NCBI GenBank assembly: GCA_024695405.1
Contig: JAILIF010000043.1
Location: forward strand, 1-61,901
Length of the DNA: 61,901 bases
DNA from: Bacilli bacterium
GTDB lineage: Bacteria > Bacillota_I > Bacilli_A > RFN20 > CAG-826
Direction of reading: 5' to 3'
Positions 57,683 to 61,901 of the stretch are shown here, in pieces (positions within the stretch are counted from its first letter, which is position 1; the number at the start of each line of letters is the position of its first letter). Made by a program: the position numbers and the translations under genes. The notes beneath the pieces are model-generated. The model was not told the origin of the DNA. It made no database searches and saw nothing but the letters and a program-made list of their open reading frames with translations.

Positions 57683-59059
57683 TTAATCCTGATCTAAAGC
57701 TTCTAAACCTTTCTTAATTTTTACATTCTTTGCTTTTACGTTATTAACAAAGATAAAGACAATTAAAGCTGCTGCCATAACAATTGTTGAATAGACGAAT
57801 AAAATATCCCATTTTTCAGCTTGATATACTAATAATCCTGCAACAATTGGAGTTAATGTTTGAGCAAGCATACTTGCTGCATAATATAATCCTGTATATT
57901 TGCCAACGTTTGATCCACTTGCTAGTTCAACAAACATTGGATATGAACAACAGTTAATAAACGCCCAACCAATTCCACACAATACGAAGCACGGGAATAA
58001 AGCAAATGGAGTTTTATGATAGTCTAAGTTATTTACCTTTACAAATTCTTTAGATTGAGGAATTAACGCAATAAGCATTAGCCCAACAATCATGCATCCT
58101 AAGCCAATAACAATTGTCCATTTTCTTCCGATTTTTTCTGAAATAAAGGCCGCAGGAATAAACGATGCTAATGAAGCAATTGTTAGAACAATTGTAAATA
58201 ATGAATAGTTAGAAATATCTAAGTGATTTTGGCCATACGAAGACCAGAAAGTTTCAACAGCATTAAAAGATGCGAACCATAAGAAAACAGCAATAATCAT
58301 AATGATTAAACTAATTTTGTTTTTCTTGCTTAATGGAGTATGTTCGGCTACTTTTTCTTCTAATTCGCTTTCTTGTTCACCGCGTCTCATTTCATCAGCC
58401 ATTTCAGCTGCAATCTTATTTTCTTTGACTTTAATGAATAAAACGACAATAGTCACAATCATAGCCACACAGCAAGCTAAAAAGGGAATTAATAGCCCAA
58501 ATGTATTGTGTCTATAACTTTTAAAAGGAATTATGATAGCAATAGCACCACCGAGAATAGCACCAATATAACCAACAACATTAATAATAGCATTTGCTTT
58601 ACTACGTAATGGTTTTGGTGTAATATCAGGCATTAACGCAACAGCAGGATTACGATACATTTGCATAAATATAAGTGTTAAACACATCATAGCAATAATT
58701 CCTGCTAAAGAATTGATTGCATACATAACAACGATTAATGGGAATACAATTGCTGATAAAATTGTACCAATTACAATAAAAGGCATTCTTTTACCAAATT
58801 TTGTATTTATTTTGTCACTGAGTGCTCCAAAAATAGGAAGCATAATTAACGCAACCAAATTATCTAATGCCATTAAAACGCCAACAATGTATTGATAATC
58901 AGTTTCTTTACCACCATTGTTTTTAACTAAAGTTTCTGTAAGAAACAATGGGCAATATGTGTTATATACTTGCCACAACATCAAAATACCAAAGAAGGCA
59001 AATCCAATTATAAATGTACGTTTTACGTTCAGTTTTAAAGGCTTACTCTCGTTTTCCAT
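57683..59059 (-). CDS. MFS transporter, GPH/MFS_2-like
   Basis: About 12 TM helices with a central charged loop. The loop-2/3 motif LSDKINTKFGKRMPF is typical of glycoside-pentoside-hexuronide-type symporters. Confidence 0.8.
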   Translation of the reverse strand: MENESKPLKLNVKRTFIIGFAFFGILMLWQVYNTYCPLFLTETLVKNNGGKETDYQYIVGVLMALDNLVALIMLPIFGALSDKINTKFGKRMPFIVIGTILSAIVFPLIVVMYAINSLAGIIAMMCLTLIFMQMYRNPAVALMPDITPKPLRSKANAIINVVGYIGAILGGAIAIIIPFKSYRHNTFGLLIPFLACCVAMIVTIVVLFIKVKENKIAAEMADEMRRGEQESELEEKVAEHTPLSKKNKISLIIMIIAVFLWFASFNAVETFWSSYGQNHLDISNYSLFTIVLTIASLASFIPAAFISEKIGRKWTIVIGLGCMIVGLMLIALIPQSKEFVKVNNLDYHKTPFALFPCFVLCGIGWAFINCCSYPMFVELASGSNVGKYTGLYYAASMLAQTLTPIVAGLLVYQAEKWDILFVYSTIVMAAALIVFIFVNNVKAKNVKIKKGLEALDQD

Positions 59060-59060
59060 T

Positions 59061-59969
59061 TTATTCTCCTACACTTTCGATAAATTCTTTAACTTTTTCT
59101 TTATATGATTCTCGATCGGCTTCTACACTCTTAGAATGATCTGCATTTTCAAATATATACAATCTCTTATTTTTAGAGCTATTAGCATTGTACAAGATTT
59201 TAGCATTAATTGGCAAAACTGTTTTATCTTTTCTTCCATGGAAGAAGCAAGTAGGAATTTGATTTTTCTTCAATACTTCTTTTGCGTTACAATCTTTAAA
59301 TGAAAAACCGTATTTAATTTTAAAGAGAATATTAGCAAATATTAATGTTGGAAAAAAAGGAACAAAATGAGAAAAAGTAATGTTATGACATTGAGTTCTT
59401 AAAGATGAATAAGCACAATCAATAATCATAAATTTGACATCGTCTTGAAAATATTGACTAGCTAAACATGTAGTTGCTCCACCCATTGAATAACCAAAAA
59501 CGCCTAATTCAATATCTTTTCCAAATCTATTTTTAATTTCTTTTACAATTTCTGCTAAATCTTTAGATTCGTTAAAACCCATTGTGCAAGGAACTCTTTT
59601 ATTATCTCCATGCCCTCTTTCGTCATATAAAACTAAAGAATAACCTAAATCATAAAATATTTTAGTGTATTTATACGCTCCCTCACGTGTAGAGCCGTGC
59701 CCGTGCGCAAAAATAATAAATTTATTTGGATTATTAATAGAGATGTCGCCATGTATTTCATATCCATCTTTCATAATAAAGATTGTTTCTTCTCTTTTGT
59801 ATGATTCTGTTCCTTCTAAAAATCCATGTTTTCTATTTCTTTCTTGTCTTTGTTCTCTGGTAGAATATTTTGGATTAGTTGTTCTTTTTACTAGAGTATT
59901 AGCAGCAACAAAAGTAAATATTAAATACGTTACTAATAAGCAAGAAATGATAATTAAAGCAATTTCCAT
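59061..59969 (-). CDS. membrane-anchored alpha/beta hydrolase (serine hydrolase)
   Basis: N-terminal TM (IALIIISCLLVTYLIFTFVAA), oxyanion HGHGS, nucleophile elbow GYSMGG, and acid/His candidates in HGRKDKTV and NADHSKS. Confidence 0.8.
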   Translation of the reverse strand: MEIALIIISCLLVTYLIFTFVAANTLVKRTTNPKYSTREQRQERNRKHGFLEGTESYKREETIFIMKDGYEIHGDISINNPNKFIIFAHGHGSTREGAYKYTKIFYDLGYSLVLYDERGHGDNKRVPCTMGFNESKDLAEIVKEIKNRFGKDIELGVFGYSMGGATTCLASQYFQDDVKFMIIDCAYSSLRTQCHNITFSHFVPFFPTLIFANILFKIKYGFSFKDCNAKEVLKKNQIPTCFFHGRKDKTVLPINAKILYNANSSKNKRLYIFENADHSKSVEADRESYKEKVKEFIESVGE

Positions 59970-59995
59970 ATTTTGATTATATCAAAAAAGAACAG

Positions 59996-60544
59996 TTATT
60001 CACTGCTCTTTTCGTTACTTTCTTCTTTTACTTCTTCTTTTACTTCTTCATCTACAATTTCTGGAGCTTGCACATCAACAACATTAGCGTCATCTTTTTT
60101 CTCTTCTTTTTCATCTTCTTCGAATAATTCTTTTAGTGGGAAGAACCAATGATATATTCCTTGGAATGCATACACTAAGGAAATGTAGAAGAATAATGGA
60201 GTTATAAAGAATTTAGGATTATTCCAGATAAATTCATTATTTGAAAGAAATAAAATATCTACCACCAAAAGATATGGAGGAATGATGATAGTAGAAATTT
60301 TATCTACTAAGCACGCTTTTTCTCTTTTTCTCTTATTTGTAAATGTAGTAACAATATCAAATACAAAATAAGCAACACCAATTAAAGTTACAAACTTAAA
60401 TATATTTAAAAATGTTTCAGAATAATTAATAACTCCCACTGTTTGTAAAATTGCCAATACTAAAAATACAATTGCGAATAATACTAATTCTCCGCTGTAG
60501 ATAAGCTTTGTTTTTGTTATTTCATCAAGTTTTTTCTTTTCCAT
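59996..60544 (-). CDS. hypothetical 4-TM membrane protein with acidic C-terminal tail
   Basis: Four hydrophobic segments followed by EEDEKEEKKDD...EEVKEEVKEESNEKSSE. First gene of a tightly packed operon. Confidence 0.55.
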   Translation of the reverse strand: MEKKKLDEITKTKLIYSGELVLFAIVFLVLAILQTVGVINYSETFLNIFKFVTLIGVAYFVFDIVTTFTNKRKREKACLVDKISTIIIPPYLLVVDILFLSNNEFIWNNPKFFITPLFFYISLVYAFQGIYHWFFPLKELFEEDEKEEKKDDANVVDVQAPEIVDEEVKEEVKEESNEKSSE

Positions 60545-60587
60545 AATTTAAATATAACTTATTATATTATATTAATATAAAAACTCA

Positions 60588-60616
60588 AAATAAAAAAGCT
60601 GTCACTTGGACAGCTT
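60588..60616 (-). terminator. rho-independent terminator after lipoprotein gene
   Basis: On the - strand: AAGCTGTC-CAAGT-GACAGCTT followed by TTTTATTTT. Confidence 0.65.
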
Positions 60617-60640
60617 AGTAAATAAATGTTGAATTAACTA

Positions 60641-61672
60641 TTAATGGATTTCTTTATAACCGCTAAAGCTTGGTAATTTAACAGCATCTTTACCATATTC
60701 GAAGCTAACAGCGAAATTTGCTTTTTTAAGTTCGAAAACGTTACTACTATCGTTTTTGTTTGCAATTCTTACGTTTCCAGCCATGCCGATGTTATCCATG
60801 ACACCTTCTTTGTCAAATGATAACAATGCAGCTAAGCTTCCACTAATATTAACACTATCAACAGCAATTGGAGCAGATGTTAATGCAATACGAATAGCAG
60901 CACTTTGAGAATTCTTGTCATGTGATAAAGTAACCAAGTTTTTGAGAGTGTCATCTTTTAAGACTCTATCAAATGCGCTATTTAATGTTGAAGCAGCATA
61001 AGCGATTTCTTCGTCAGTAATTTTAAAATTTTCTGATGGGAAAATGTCATCTTCAATACTCTTGACGGACGAATTACTTGGTAAAACTAATTTAGTAAGA
61101 TATTCATCAGCTTCTTTTTTAGCTTTGCTAGCATATTCTTGGCCATTTGTTGTATCTTCATAACCAATGTCGATAATGTCGTGAACAGCATCTTTAAGAT
61201 CCTTATCAGATAAATCTAAATAAATATTGCCACCTGAATAGTATGCTGCAGCATCAACACCAGAAACTTTTAATGATTGTTTCTTATTCTTTTCTGCGCT
61301 GTTTAATTCAAATTTAAAGCCAAGATCTGAAATTTCAACCATTGCTTTAGCTGCGTTTGCACCTTTGCCAAAATCAGTTACTGCAATTGTGAAATCCATT
61401 TCAGCGTCTGTAACCTTTACGTAGTTTCTTCCATCTGTATATGAAACTTCATCGAAACCAAATGTTCCTTTGATTTTGAATCCGTCTTTTGATGCCTCAT
61501 AAGTATTAGCAACATCTTTAGCAACCTTTGCAAAGAAAGCGTTACGAGCGTTTGCATCTGCAGGATCGACTATGTCATGACCTCTTGGGATGTTAGTTTT
61601 GGCTGTTGGACTACAACCACCAAGTAATAAGATTGCTGCAGGTATGAGTAAAAATCTTCCTTTATTTTTCAT
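60641..61672 (-). CDS. lipoprotein (unknown function)
   Basis: Signal peptide with lipobox: MKNKGRFLLIPAAILLLGG-C-SPT. The mature part is hydrophilic, about 320 aa. Confidence 0.8.
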   Translation of the reverse strand: MKNKGRFLLIPAAILLLGGCSPTAKTNIPRGHDIVDPADANARNAFFAKVAKDVANTYEASKDGFKIKGTFGFDEVSYTDGRNYVKVTDAEMDFTIAVTDFGKGANAAKAMVEISDLGFKFELNSAEKNKKQSLKVSGVDAAAYYSGGNIYLDLSDKDLKDAVHDIIDIGYEDTTNGQEYASKAKKEADEYLTKLVLPSNSSVKSIEDDIFPSENFKITDEEIAYAASTLNSAFDRVLKDDTLKNLVTLSHDKNSQSAAIRIALTSAPIAVDSVNISGSLAALLSFDKEGVMDNIGMAGNVRIANKNDSSNVFELKKANFAVSFEYGKDAVKLPSFSGYKEIH

Positions 61673-61810
61673 AAAAATACCCCTTTTATAATTTTAATAT
61701 ATCACAAAATTTGAAAAATAATATTATTTTTGACTATTTATCATTCAAATTGCGTTTTTTACGCGAAGTGACAAACTAAATGCACCTTTGCAATTGGAAA
61801 CTGCTTTTAG

Positions 61811-61880
61811 TTAGAAAAACCTCCTTTGAAGTATGATATTTATGGTTCTTCCCGGAACTAAATATCCATCTCAAAGGAGG
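61811..61880 (-). terminator. long imperfect hairpin, most simply a terminator for a - strand gene ending just beyond or at the window edge
   Basis: Three stacked stems: CCTCCTTTGA (61820-29) with TCAAAGGAGG (61871-80); GATATTTA (61835-42) with TAAATATC (61859-66); and apical GTTC/GAAC. On the - strand it is followed by TTTTTCT. One - strand frame ends ...LPI-TAA at 61889, 8 nt before the hairpin. An alternative reading is given in findings. Confidence 0.45.
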
Positions 61881-61901
61881 CATTTTTATTATATGGGTAA
61901 A

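Noticed and set aside
61893-61901. Start of a + strand CDS (ATG GGT AAA) at the window edge.
   Set aside because: Only 3 codons are visible, the SD spacing is long (12 nt), and all ~40 preceding genes are on the - strand. The hairpin is equally or better explained as a - strand terminator. Left as an open alternative in findings.
1-61901. Search for CRISPR arrays, tRNA or rRNA genes, IS elements or transposases, integrases other than xerD, prophage genes, restriction-modification, toxin-antitoxin or other defence systems.
   Set aside because: No direct-repeat/spacer periodicity and no cloverleaf-sized conserved RNA in the few spacers over 90 bp. Every ORF over 60 aa is either a recognisable housekeeping gene or one of a handful of membrane or surface proteins. 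Nothing supports a mobile or defence island by eye.

Overview
AT-rich, very gene-dense chromosomal segment of about 60 protein genes with short or overlapping junctions. It reads as core housekeeping DNA of a genome-reduced low-GC Bacillota / Mollicutes-like (Acholeplasma-like) bacterium. The standard genetic code is in use: TGA acts as a stop (for example at the end of trmK) and Trp is TGG. Gene order is a concatenation of Bacillus-type conserved blocks. On the + strand (1-18.1 kb): glyQS-dnaG-sigA-trmK-nif3, ispH/nfo/ispG/rpmG, an MBL hydrolase, efp, yneF-parE-parC, and yqeG-yqeH-yhbY-nadD::yqeK. Every gene from 18.25 kb to the end is on the - strand: a Gly/His-rich membrane protein, deoB-xerD, dinB, dxs-xseB-xseA-nusB, tkt, aspS-hisS-relA, two ABC exporter genes, recJ-secDF, ruvB-ruvA, nadE, obg-rpmA-prp-rplU, radC, valS with a T-box leader, and engB-lon-tig. 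The window ends with a tightly packed membrane/surface block: helical-repeat protein, rarA, Zn-PLC-like protein, MFS/GPH transporter, anchored alpha/beta hydrolase, 4-TM protein and lipoprotein. I saw no rRNA or tRNA genes, CRISPR arrays, transposases, phage genes or recognisable defence or toxin-antitoxin systems. The strongest non-coding signal is a 28-bp dif-like Xer site lying exactly in the convergent gap where gene orientation flips, so the window probably spans the replication terminus. Other oddities are listed as findings. They include a Cys/His-rich metal-binding-like tail on HisRS, a YqeH homologue with degenerate GTPase motifs, and a fused NadD-YqeK. They also include an unusually long palindrome-containing region upstream of parE, two small membrane peptides, and loss of wall, division and Clp genes from otherwise conserved synteny. 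I did not find convincing evidence for a wholly new multi-gene system, and the candidates below are scored accordingly.
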